DNA of 64,000 nucleotides from a virus (Duplodnaviria; Heunggongvirae; Uroviricota; Caudoviricetes): IMG/VR virus record IMGVR_UViG_3300042922_001472; one strand, 5' to 3'. Shown piece by piece: positions 39,260 to 48,808 of this stretch (position 1 is its first letter; each line of letters starts with the position of its first letter). The notes under the pieces were generated by a model. It saw only the letters and a program-made list of their open reading frames with translations, ran no database searches and was not told where the DNA came from. The position numbers and the translations under genes were made by a program.

Positions 39260-39775
39260 TCATAATTGATTTATATTTAAAATTTCTGATTTAGTTTTGA
39301 CTAAATCTAAATTTTCTTTATAATTAGTTGAAAAATATCTATATAAATTTATTAATCTATCTTTATATTCGGGATTTTCTTCTCTGTTATACAATACCTT
39401 ATTAAATACAATTTTTTGAAGAGTTTCTTCCATAACTCCTAAAATACAATTAATTTCAATTAGTGAAAAAGTATGAATTTCATCAATGTTCTTAATGTTC
39501 CCTAATTTATTTATAAGGCACGTAAATGTGTTTTTTATATTCACCCAGTAACAAATTTGTGTCTTTTCTTTTTTATTACACGCAATGGTATAATCATCGT
39601 TAATTTTTTTTAGTTCACTGTATAAAAGAGTTAATATGATTTTTATATCTTCATCTAAAATACTTACTTCTATAGAAATATTGTTATGTAATAAAGATTT
39701 CACAGTAACCCTATCAGATAATGATTTATTTGTATAATTTAATAATTCTTCATTAAACTTTATTATTTTTTTCAT
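39260..39775 (-). CDS. hypothetical protein (171 aa)
   Basis: RBS GGAGCG before the ATG on the minus strand. Confidence 0.45.
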   Translation of the reverse strand: MKKIIKFNEELLNYTNKSLSDRVTVKSLLHNNISIEVSILDEDIKIILTLLYSELKKINDDYTIACNKKEKTQICYWVNIKNTFTCLINKLGNIKNIDEIHTFSLIEINCILGVMEETLQKIVFNKVLYNREENPEYKDRLINLYRYFSTNYKENLDLVKTKSEILNINQL

Positions 39776-39935
39776 AAATCACGCTCCTATAATTTGAATT
39801 ATACTATAAATTAATAAAAAATGCTACATTTTTTATTAATGTTCTATAAAGCATAGCTATTTTATATCGAATTGAAAAAATACATATAATTTAAAATCAA
39901 CTCTATAAAAAATAATAATGTGATTGGAGGAATAA

Positions 39936-42067
39936 TATTGAATAATGAAATAAAAGAACAAATACTTGCTTATTTAACTGATATACCAGTAAATAAAGCG
40001 ATAACGAAATTAAAGTTGGAAAGCGATTTAAAAATTTCTAAGGTTGAGAGGAAGATATTTGAAAATTCGATTAAAGAATTAAAAAAAGAGAATATTGTCC
40101 ACACAACAAAGAAAAAGGGTTTAATGATTAATAAAAATATAAAGTTTATAATTGGAACATTTTTTTCTAATTGTAAAGGTTATGGTTTTGTAGTTTCACA
40201 AGATGAAAGTATTCAAGACCTATTTATTCCACAAAGCAAGGTAAATAACGCACTTCATAAAGATAGAGTTGTAGTAAAGATTATTAAAAGACCTGAAAAT
40301 AACAAAAGGGCAGAAGGTGAAATTATTAGCGTATTGTCAAGACAGTTAGAATCTATAATTGGCACTTATATGGCAAATGAAACCTTTGGATTTGTAATTC
40401 CTGATAACAATAAGATAAATAGAGATATTTATATACCTCAAGGTTGCTCTAATGGTGCAAATTCTTACGATAAAGTAGTTTGTCAAATAACCAAATATCC
40501 TGAAAGAGATAGAAAACCAGAAGGAGAAATAACTGAAATTATTGGAGTTAAATGGGACAAAGGGGTTGATGTGTTATCAATAATTAAAGATAATAATATT
40601 AAATCTGATTTTCCTCCTAAAGTAATTAAATTTGTAGATAAAATTCCTGAAGTGATTAAAGAAGAAGAATTAAAGAGAAGAGAAAATCTAACAGATTTAA
40701 AAATATTTACAATAGATGGCGAAGATGCTAAGGATTTAGACGATGCTGTTTCAATTAAAAAGCTTGATAACGGAAATTACCAGTTAGGTGTTCATATAGC
40801 GGATGTATCACATTATGTTAAGGAAAACTCAGTAATAGATAAGGAAGCTTTAGAAAGAGCAACCTCGGTATATTTAATTGATACTGTTATCCCAATGTTA
40901 CCTAAAAAGTTATCAAATAATCTATGCAGTTTGAATCCTAACACTATTAAATTAACATTGTCAGTATTTATGGATATTGATAAGCATGGAGTAGTAGTAA
41001 ACCATAGAATTTGCGAATCTTTTATCAATACAGTAGCAAGATTAAATTACACAGAAGTTTCAGATTTCTTAGAAAATAATGATACTTCATTTAAAGAGAA
41101 ATATCCATTTTTATTAGAAGATATAAAAATTATGGAAGAGCTTGCTAAAGTATTAATGAAAAAAAGAAATGATAGAGGAGCAATTGATTTTGATTTTCCT
41201 GAAGCTAAGATTATTTTAAATGAAGACGGTAAAGTTAAAGACATAACTAAATATGATAGAAGAATATCTAATAAAATAATTGAAGAATTTATGCTTGTTT
41301 GTAATGAAACTGTAGCTGAGATTTTCTTTTTAAAAGAATTGCCATTTGTTTATAGGGTTCACGAAAATCCAAGGATAGATAAACTTGAAGAATTTAGAGA
41401 ATTTATAAAAGAGTATGGTTATTATCTACCAGAAGATTGTGAATGCATCAATTCTATTATGTTACAAGACATTTTAAATGAAGTTAAAGGTAAAAAGATG
41501 GGGCAAGCCTTTAATCTTGTGCTTTTGAAAACTATGCAACAAGCAAGATATTCACCAATATGTAATGGTCATTTTGGTTTATCAACATCATTTTATTGTC
41601 ATTTTACTTCACCAATACGAAGATACCCAGACCTTCAAATTCATAGAATTATTAAAGAATCATTACATGGAGAATTAAGTGTTATAAGAAAAGAACACTT
41701 AGAAGAAATTGTTAAGAATAGTTCTAAAATATCTTCAAGAAGAGAGAGAGTGGCTGAACAAGCTGAAAATGAACTTCATACAATCAAAAAATTAGAGTTT
41801 ATGGAAGATAAGATTGGTCAAGTATATGAGGGAATAGTGACTGGATTTAATTCAATTGGAATTTTTATTACTCTTGAAAATACTGCAGAGGGTATATTAA
41901 AAATAGATAAAATTAAAGATGATAATTATGAATTAGATAGAAAGCAATTCTCATTTATTGGCAAAAGTACTAATCAAAAAATAATGATAGGTGATAAAAT
42001 TTTAATTTCGGTAAACAAAGTAGACGTTGATTGTAAAGAAATGTTGTTTGATTTCATATCTAAATAA
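39936..42067 (+). CDS. rnr: RNase R / RNase II-family 3'-5' exoribonuclease
   Basis: Cold-shock-like N-terminal domains, RNB catalytic motif DGEDAKDLDDAVS and C-terminal S1. The start is probably TTG 39936, which follows GGAGGA (the ORF track begins at 39920). Confidence 0.8.
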
Positions 42068-42173
42068 ACTAATAGTTACTTAAAAGCCAATCATGGTAAA
42101 TTGAACAACAGAAATAAAAAAAGATTATGTAAAAACATAGTCTTTTTTTATTTGATTTATTATTTACTTTCAA

Positions 42174-42617
42174 TTATTCATTAAGTATTTTTAACTCTTT
42201 CTTTGTTCCTTCAAAATAATCTTTTATATGTTTGCTCATATACTTTCCTATTGAATAGAATTTGCTATTCGATATAAATATCATGTTATCAAACTTAACA
42301 TTAGCATTTTTGTCTAAAACTAATTTTTTTGAAAAAGTATCTAATATGTTTTTAGAAGTATCAAAGAAAATAGTCTCTAAATTAGCATTGATTTTGTTAT
42401 ATTTTTTCATCTCACAATTCAAATAATTCTCTCCTATGTTAATAGCAATTGTCATAGTAGGGTTAACTTGGAAATTTTTCATTACTATAAAATAAGTAAC
42501 TTCTTTGTCAATTTTAATAATAAGAGTCATGCTTTCTTTAACTTTATTTAATATATCTTTTCTGTTTTTTATTATAGAAAGAATTTCTTCTGTTACTATT
42601 TTTTTTATTTCTTCCAT
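42174..42617 (-). CDS. hypothetical protein (147 aa)
   Basis: RBS AAGGAG on the minus strand. Confidence 0.45.
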   Translation of the reverse strand: MEEIKKIVTEEILSIIKNRKDILNKVKESMTLIIKIDKEVTYFIVMKNFQVNPTMTIAINIGENYLNCEMKKYNKINANLETIFFDTSKNILDTFSKKLVLDKNANVKFDNMIFISNSKFYSIGKYMSKHIKDYFEGTKKELKILNE

Positions 42618-42699
42618 TATGATTATTAACTCCTTTTGTATTTATCAATAACCTTCTTCATTATGTCAATTACATTAATCATGTATACTTGCATTTATA

Positions 42700-43200
42700 C
42701 TAATCATCTTTTTCCACCTTTCTTTCTAACCATACTTCAAAAGATGTTTTTTCACCTTTCAATATCTTAATTCTATCATCTAACAACAATTTGCAATTAT
42801 CATTTAAATAATAATCTTTCTTTATCTTTTCAAGAACTGATAAATCTTTAATACCAAAAATAAAATCTAAAAATTTTTTATTAAGGATATCTTCTTGGTG
42901 TTTAATATTAATAGTATCATTTACTATTTGAGAAAATAAATTCAACGTTTCATTATCACAATCATAAAGATTTCCCAATTCTGCAAAGTGCGTTTCAACT
43001 ACTATATTATTTATTAATGCTTTCATAACATTAAAGTCATTAGTATCTCCATATATTGAAAAATACCAAAGTTTTTGTTTTCCATTTTGTTTTTCAGATA
43101 TTGACTTTAATTTTAAATTTAATTTTTCACATGCCTTTAAAACGGAGCATCGTTTTTCATCATTAATATCTCTTATCATAAGAGTTATATCTCTTTTCAA
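42700..43200 (-). CDS. hypothetical protein (166 aa)
   Basis: RBS AAGGAAGG on the minus strand. Confidence 0.45.
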   Translation of the reverse strand: MKRDITLMIRDINDEKRCSVLKACEKLNLKLKSISEKQNGKQKLWYFSIYGDTNDFNVMKALINNIVVETHFAELGNLYDCDNETLNLFSQIVNDTINIKHQEDILNKKFLDFIFGIKDLSVLEKIKKDYYLNDNCKLLLDDRIKILKGEKTSFEVWLERKVEKDD

Positions 43201-43226
43201 AAAATCAACTTCCTTCCTTTTAATCT

Positions 43227-43427
43227 TTATCCTTTAATATATATTTGATTTATTTCGTCAAATCCCCTTGTGATTGAGACTCTGCTATTACTTAATTCTA
43301 CTTTTTTGTATCTGTAATTTAAATCTGTTACAACCCATTCGCCATCGTAAATCCCATCATTATTTCCATATTCTTCTTTACATTTTTCAGAAATTGTTGT
43401 ATAAAGAATTATTTGTTTTATATCCAT
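43227..43427 (-). CDS. hypothetical small protein (66 aa)
   Basis: RBS AAGAGGAG. Confidence 0.4.
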   Translation of the reverse strand: MDIKQIILYTTISEKCKEEYGNNDGIYDGEWVVTDLNYRYKKVELSNSRVSITRGFDEINQIYIKG

Positions 43428-43515
43428 TTACATACTCCTCTTAATTTATTTTATGTAAAACACCTTTTTAATATATATATTTATTATATTATAACTTTTT
43501 ACAAAGAATTATAAA

Positions 43516-43743
43516 TTAAGAATCAGTGTTTTGTAAGTTATTATAGTCGATTTTTATTAGTTCATCTAAAGAACACTCCAAAGCAGAACAAATTTTTAAT
43601 AAATTTCTTAATTGTATAGTATCTATATCTACGTTATTATCAAGGTTACTAATGACTTTCCATGATATATTTGCAATTCTACTTAGTTCTCTTAATGTCT
43701 TAATCCCTTTTTTTGCCATTAAAATACGCAAGTTTGATGTAAT
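43516..43743 (-). CDS. XRE-family helix-turn-helix transcriptional regulator (Cro/CI-like)
   Basis: HTH LRELSRIANISWKVISNLDNN; RBS GAAAGGAGGA. It is the first gene of a four-gene minus-strand operon. Confidence 0.7.
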   Translation of the reverse strand: MTSNLRILMAKKGIKTLRELSRIANISWKVISNLDNNVDIDTIQLRNLLKICSALECSLDELIKIDYNNLQNTDS

Positions 43744-43978
43744 CATTTTATAAATCCTCCTTTCAATTTTCATTAAAGAATATATCGAGTTATATATTTA
43801 AAAACATAACACATAATAGTCAATATGTCAATTGAAATTGGCAATTACAACTTCAAATTGATGTTCGACAATTGTAAGATAATTTTCGCTTGACATAAAT
43901 AAACTATATGTTATAATGAATTATAACTTGATTATATGCAATAAACAATTATGTTAGTAATAAATTTAATTACAATGT

Positions 43979-44075
43979 AATATAATTAAATTATAATTGA
44001 GAGTTATCAAACATATTTTGAAATTATCATGGAATAGTTTCAACTATAATACAATATAATTAAATTATAATTGAC
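43979..44075. promoter_or_regulatory. two copies of a 22-bp direct repeat, each containing the 15-bp palindrome TATAATTAAATTATA (candidate operator pair)
   Basis: AATATAATTAAATTATAATTGA at 43979-44000 and 44054-44075, between the divergent XRE gene and the repeat array. Confidence 0.45.
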
Positions 44076-44085
44076 AATTTAATAT

Positions 44086-44854
44086 GAGGTGCACTTAAGA
44101 CTACATTTTGAAAAAAATACAGGATTATCTAATAATACAAATATTTCAGGGGTATATAATAATAAATACGCCTGGATAAAAAAGTCTTAACATTAATTCC
44201 TTATATTAAAATTTACTTGACGATGGGTGGTAAAATCGTTCCATGTGAGTTGATGTACAACTCCGTTTAGGTGGTTAGGGCGATTAAATCACTATTATGA
44301 AACTCGTTTCGGGGTGCTTTCAAGACTACATTAATTTGAGATTTTTTAAGAGATAGAAATATCAAGTTATATTAACGGAAGTTGATATAACAGTAATAAG
44401 TAAAACAAATGTCTTGAACCAATTTTCTCTGAAATTTATTTTTGAGGTGCATACAAGATTACATTAAAACAAGAATGGTATCTATTTAAAATAGAAATTA
44501 TCAGATATTGAATATCAGATAATTATTTAAAACGAATTACGTATCAAGTATGTAATATTTGATATGTAATAAGAAAGAATTAAATCCAGATTAAAAATCT
44601 GAGATTTATTTGTATCTTGTGATAATTTTCCTTAAAACTAAAACTTAGAAAAAACGGTTAGACCGTTTGGCATTAGGGGATACGTTCTATTAATGTTTAA
44701 ATAAAATTAAATACCATTGTGGGGTGCTGTTAAGACTACATTCATTTGAAAATAAAATTAAAGATATTTAGTTACCCAATAGGGGTAACATTGCTGTCTT
44801 AATACACTTTTCCCTACTAAATCAATCAATAAGAGGTGCTGGAAAGACTACATT
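44086..44854 (+). repeat. array of five conserved 22-nt motifs (A/G)GGGTGC-N4-AAGA(C/T)TACATT with unique 90-255 bp spacers (candidate small-RNA array)
   Basis: Copies at 44086-44107, 44311-44332, 44444-44465, 44721-44742 and 44833-44854. Degenerate copies near 44172-44194 and 44545-44562. The 1.35-kb region has no ORF. Confidence 0.6.
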
Positions 44855-45035
44855 TAAAAATTTAAAATCATACAAATTATAAAAATAATTTTTTGAATTA
44901 AACAATTTAGTGTAGAAATACCCAGATAGAACAAAGAAAACTTTTTGATAATAGAAATAAATTTTGCAAAAATTTATTAATCGTAATCAACAGTCTTTCC
45001 GAAATTTTCCTTTTATTATGTATTGAGTAAAAATT

Positions 45036-45068
45036 AGGGATAAGCCAAAAATGACTTATCCTTTTATA
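45036..45068 (+). terminator. intrinsic terminator-like hairpin just upstream of the Ro60-fusion gene
   Basis: GGATAAG-loop-CTTATCC followed by TTTTAT, 55 nt before the start codon. Confidence 0.5.
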
Positions 45069-45121
45069 TTGATAAATTTAAAAATAAAAAAGAAAATATA
45101 AAAACAAAAGGAGATATAAAT

Positions 45122-48097
45122 ATGAAAAATATAGAAAAAGCAACAATGTTATTAAAATGCAAAACACTAAATGAAGGTAGTCTTATATATAAAGCTCCAT
45201 TGAAAGAAACCATAAAAACACCAGCAACTGAATTAGAAAATGGAGATATTCAGTTATGTATCAATAAATATACAACTAATCCTGTTATAATTCCTCATAA
45301 AGATAGATATTTAAATACGCTGATATTAGGTTCTACAGGTGCTGATAAAACCTCACAAATATTACTTCCAATGATTAATCAGGATATGCAAAATCATGAA
45401 TGTGGAATTACAGTAATAGAATCAAAAGCTGACCTTGCAGAAAAGGTATATGCAATGGCAAAGCACTATGGAAGAAAAGTTGTATATTTCAATCCATTAT
45501 TACCTGATTGTCCATCATTTAATCCGTTTTTTGGTGATGAAAATGACGTGATTGAGAATATATCTATGACATTCAGAATGCTAAATTCCGATTATTCACA
45601 ATTCTTCCAAGATATGAATGAACAATTAATTAGATATTCAGTAATAGTTTTAAAAAGATTAATGGGGAATAAAGCTACTTTTGCTGAATTATCAATGCTT
45701 ATACGAAACTCTGATGGAATAGGAAGAAGAATGGTAATTAATTTTTCAAGATTAAGTGCAGAAACAGAAGCCATAGCAAAAGAAAATAGAGATATAGCTT
45801 TATGGTTTTTAACTCAATATTTTGATGAAAAATCAAAAACATATGAGTACTGTGATGGGCTTCGTTCAAAAATTGCAAAAATTATGTCTAATACCCATTT
45901 AAGACAAATATTAAATCCTGATAATGAAGAAAGTGATATAGATTTTAATAAACATCTTACAGAAGGTGGAGTTGTTGTTATTACAACTGCACAAGGAGTT
46001 TTGGGGAATTTAGGCGAATTTCTTGGTTATTCATTAATCCTTAACTTCCAATCAGCAGTATTAAAGAGACCTGGCAATAAAGATTCAAGAATACCTCAGT
46101 TCTTGTATGTAGATGAATTTCAAACATATTCTAACCCAGGATTTAAATATATGCTCTCACAAGGTTATTCATGTCGTGTTGGTTGTCATCTTGCTACGCA
46201 AAATAGAACACTTATGGCAATGGGTGGGGGACAAAACAATAAAAACTTTATTGAATCGATATCTGAAAATGCAAGAAATATAATAATATTCCCAGGTATA
46301 AATACTGTTGATACTAAATATTATTCTGACCAGTTTAGTGAATTACTCAAATATGTTATTCAAAGAGGTATTCCAGTTGAATGCTGTTTTTCTCCACTGG
46401 ATTTAATTTATAGGGAACTTGGAGAAATAACATACTGTGTAATTCAAAATAATACAATACAGCCTCCAGGAGTTGGGATAATTGAATATATTCCAACAGA
46501 ATTAAATGAAAAACTTGATGCAATAATAGAAGAATATAATACTACTATAAAAACCAATAAAGTCATTAAAAAAAGGAATCTTCAAACACTGGATTTTAAA
46601 GAAACTCTTGCAGAATTCTTCAGTCTTGGTCTTTTAAATGGCAACTTCTATCAGAATCAAGAGGAAGTGTTAAAAGATGCTAATGATATATTTCAAAGAG
46701 CACTTGCAGAATGTCCAGAATTTGCAACTAAGTGTGCTATATTTGGTCACAAACAAAATTCACTTAGACTTGTTCCTACAGTTTGGTTAGTTTATCTTTC
46801 TACTTTAGAGGATAAAACTCTATTTAAAAAAGCATTTTCACAAATAATCTCTACATTCGATATGTTGTATGATTTTATGGAAATTGCAAGAAAGGGTAAA
46901 GTAAGAGAAGGTCTTGGTAGAGGAGTTAAAAAAGTAATGAATGATAGATTTATTTCGTTACTTAATGAATATCAGGCATGTCGTTATAAAGGAACAATTT
47001 CAGAAATAGCTAAAGTTACAAGACCTATAAATAACGATGATAACTTCCAAAAGATTATGAAATATGTATCTAAGGATGAATTGACTTTTGAGCGTATTAT
47101 AGCATTAAAGGGAGTTATTGATAAAATGCTCAATGGAGAATCAAGTAATGAAATCCTTCAAACGATAAAAGAAAATAGGTTGCAATTAGAGGAACTTAAA
47201 CATTCTACTTTCAAATTAACACAAGAAGGTAAGCAAAAGATTTACAGTGCTCTTTATGAAGGAATTAATTATTCTGCACTTGTTCGTAATCTTGTTGCTT
47301 TGGAAAGAGTGTTTGCAACTAAAACAGAAAGTGTTGAAAAATATTCACAAGCAAGAGGTTTCTTTACTCAAACTATAGTGCTTGAAACAGATATTCCATC
47401 AGCAATTGTTGACATGGTTTCTAATAGATTAAATGATGTTAGTATGTATAGAAAATCTAACATGTTGCCATTTGGATTATTAACAGCAGAAAAAATGAGC
47501 ATTACTCCAGAGTTTCAACAAGCACTTGGGAAAATGCTAAGAAACACTGCAGAAGATTCCTTTAAAATTAATAAGGATATTTCAATTTTGCTTGGTGTAG
47601 ATACTTCTGGTTCTATGTCTGGAAATATGGTAAATGATTCATTAGATTGTGCAGAGGTTTCTTCTGTATTTGGTTCTTTAATTAAAAAAGCCCATGCAAA
47701 TACAGATGTCTATGCAGTTGCGTCTACCATGAAAAAGGTTAATTTAAACAAGCAAGACGATGTATTTGAAATGTCAAGGAAAATTCAGGCAACGAATGTT
47801 GGATGTGGAACTTTATTTAATCAAATAATGAAGCATTATAATGGACAAAAGTACATTATCTTAATTACTGATAATGAACCAGCCGATAACTTAGAAAAAG
47901 CATGGTTATCAGCTAAGAATAAACCAGAGGGTGCAAAGCTTATTATTTGGAAAATGGTAGCCAATAAAAACAAAACTTCAAATGATAAATCTGTTGCTCA
48001 TGTATTTGGATATTCAGACCGAGTATTAGGGTTAATTAAGAATATCATTGAAGACAAATGTGGACAAGTTGAGGAAATTGAGAAGATAATAATTTAA
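45122..48097 (+). CDS. fusion protein: soluble TraG/VirD4-like (T4CP-type) P-loop NTPase domain + Ro60/Rsr-like TROVE domain + C-terminal vWA domain
   Basis: N-terminal half has an atypical Walker A LILGSTGADKTS, the T4CP-like block KVVYFNP...SFNPF, Walker B LYVDEF and HLATQN. C-terminal half carries Ro60-like blocks FQRALAECPEFATKCAIF, LRLVPTVWLVYL, GRGVKKVMNDRF, YSALVRNLVAL, NMLPFGLL, MIDAS LGVDTSGSM, ILITDNEP and AKLIIW. RBS AAAGGAGAT. Confidence 0.75.
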   Translation: MKNIEKATMLLKCKTLNEGSLIYKAPLKETIKTPATELENGDIQLCINKYTTNPVIIPHKDRYLNTLILGSTGADKTSQILLPMINQDMQNHECGITVIESKADLAEKVYAMAKHYGRKVVYFNPLLPDCPSFNPFFGDENDVIENISMTFRMLNSDYSQFFQDMNEQLIRYSVIVLKRLMGNKATFAELSMLIRNSDGIGRRMVINFSRLSAETEAIAKENRDIALWFLTQYFDEKSKTYEYCDGLRSKIAKIMSNTHLRQILNPDNEESDIDFNKHLTEGGVVVITTAQGVLGNLGEFLGYSLILNFQSAVLKRPGNKDSRIPQFLYVDEFQTYSNPGFKYMLSQGYSCRVGCHLATQNRTLMAMGGGQNNKNFIESISENARNIIIFPGINTVDTKYYSDQFSELLKYVIQRGIPVECCFSPLDLIYRELGEITYCVIQNNTIQPPGVGIIEYIPTELNEKLDAIIEEYNTTIKTNKVIKKRNLQTLDFKETLAEFFSLGLLNGNFYQNQEEVLKDANDIFQRALAECPEFATKCAIFGHKQNSLRLVPTVWLVYLSTLEDKTLFKKAFSQIISTFDMLYDFMEIARKGKVREGLGRGVKKVMNDRFISLLNEYQACRYKGTISEIAKVTRPINNDDNFQKIMKYVSKDELTFERIIALKGVIDKMLNGESSNEILQTIKENRLQLEELKHSTFKLTQEGKQKIYSALYEGINYSALVRNLVALERVFATKTESVEKYSQARGFFTQTIVLETDIPSAIVDMVSNRLNDVSMYRKSNMLPFGLLTAEKMSITPEFQQALGKMLRNTAEDSFKINKDISILLGVDTSGSMSGNMVNDSLDCAEVSSVFGSLIKKAHANTDVYAVASTMKKVNLNKQDDVFEMSRKIQATNVGCGTLFNQIMKHYNGQKYIILITDNEPADNLEKAWLSAKNKPEGAKLIIWKMVANKNKTSNDKSVAHVFGYSDRVLGLIKNIIEDKCGQVEEIEKIII

Positions 48098-48185
48098 ATT
48101 TCCTAAAATAAAAGAACTTTAATAATCAATGCAACGGGTTCAGTGTTGATGTGCAAAATATTAAATTCTCATTAGTTTTCACAAG

Positions 48186-48219
48186 TAAAATCACATGCAT
48201 TTTCGCATGTGATTTTTTG
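48186..48219 (+). terminator. intrinsic terminator
   Basis: AAAATCACATGC-ATTTTC-GCATGTGATTTT followed by TT. Confidence 0.75.
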
Positions 48220-48340
48220 CTTCATATTGTAATGTTTATAGACTATTTTTATAGAGAAAACATTAAAATTCACAAAGGTTTTCAATTAATAATAAATTTA
48301 TTATCGTTGTAAATTTGCTTGTGAATATCGTTGTGATTTT

Positions 48341-48559
48341 CTATACAATTACCTCTGAAAGAACATTCTCTTCAATTATTAAATCTTTATAATTCACATC
48401 TAAGACCTTAAGCATTTCTAAAAATTTTTCAATTTGATTCAAGTTATTTCCGTTCATCCAGCGTGACACTGTGTTAACATTCACGCCTATCTTTTCAGCA
48501 AGCTCAATTACTGTCATATCTTTTTTTACTAATTGAATTTTCAATAACTTAGTATTCAT
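48341..48559 (-). CDS. XRE-family HTH transcriptional regulator
   Basis: HTH MTVIELAEKIGVNVNTVSRW. The start is probably the internal ATG at 48559, which follows GGAGAGA. Confidence 0.7.
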   Translation of the reverse strand: MNTKLLKIQLVKKDMTVIELAEKIGVNVNTVSRWMNGNNLNQIEKFLEMLKVLDVNYKDLIIEENVLSEVIV

Positions 48560-48593
48560 AATTATCTCTCCTAACACTTTAAAGTATTAACTA

Positions 48594-48622
48594 CATAATA
48601 TACTATAACAATACAATAGTCA
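48594..48622 (-). promoter_or_regulatory. minus-strand promoter TTGACT-17-TATTAT using the operator variant TACAATAGTCAA
   Basis: Plus 48611-48622 is the operator variant; the reverse complement gives -35 and -10 hexamers for the XRE gene. Confidence 0.55.
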
Positions 48623-48768
48623 ATATATTTATACAAATTAGTATTTCATCAATTATATTTCATAACATTATTGTATAGATTTATACAGTACAATCTCTTT
48701 TGTAATTATTTTCCCATAAATAAGGACATTACTATAAAGTCTAACTATTTAACATAACAACATGTAAA

Positions 48769-48808
48769 AAATCACCTAAAAAATTTATGATTAGGTGGTT
48801 TTTTTTGT
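48769..48808. terminator. orphan terminator-like hairpin with U/A tracts on both sides
   Basis: TCACCTAA-loop-TTAGGTGG followed by TTTTTTTT. No annotated gene ends here. Confidence 0.4.

Noticed and set aside
44086-44854. CRISPR array interpretation of the five-repeat region
   Set aside because: Repeat spacing is irregular (112-277 bp) rather than uniform 25-50-bp spacers, the repeats are only partly conserved (a 4-nt variable core), and no cas genes are present.
44086-44854. Reading the 22-nt repeats as five mini-ORFs (GTG-start peptides such as V-H/L-x-R-L-H-stop)
   Set aside because: The putative SD GAGG directly abuts the GTG with no spacer, and conservation sits at the nucleotide level rather than the codon level. 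A translated leader peptide is unlikely, though it was not ruled out experimentally.
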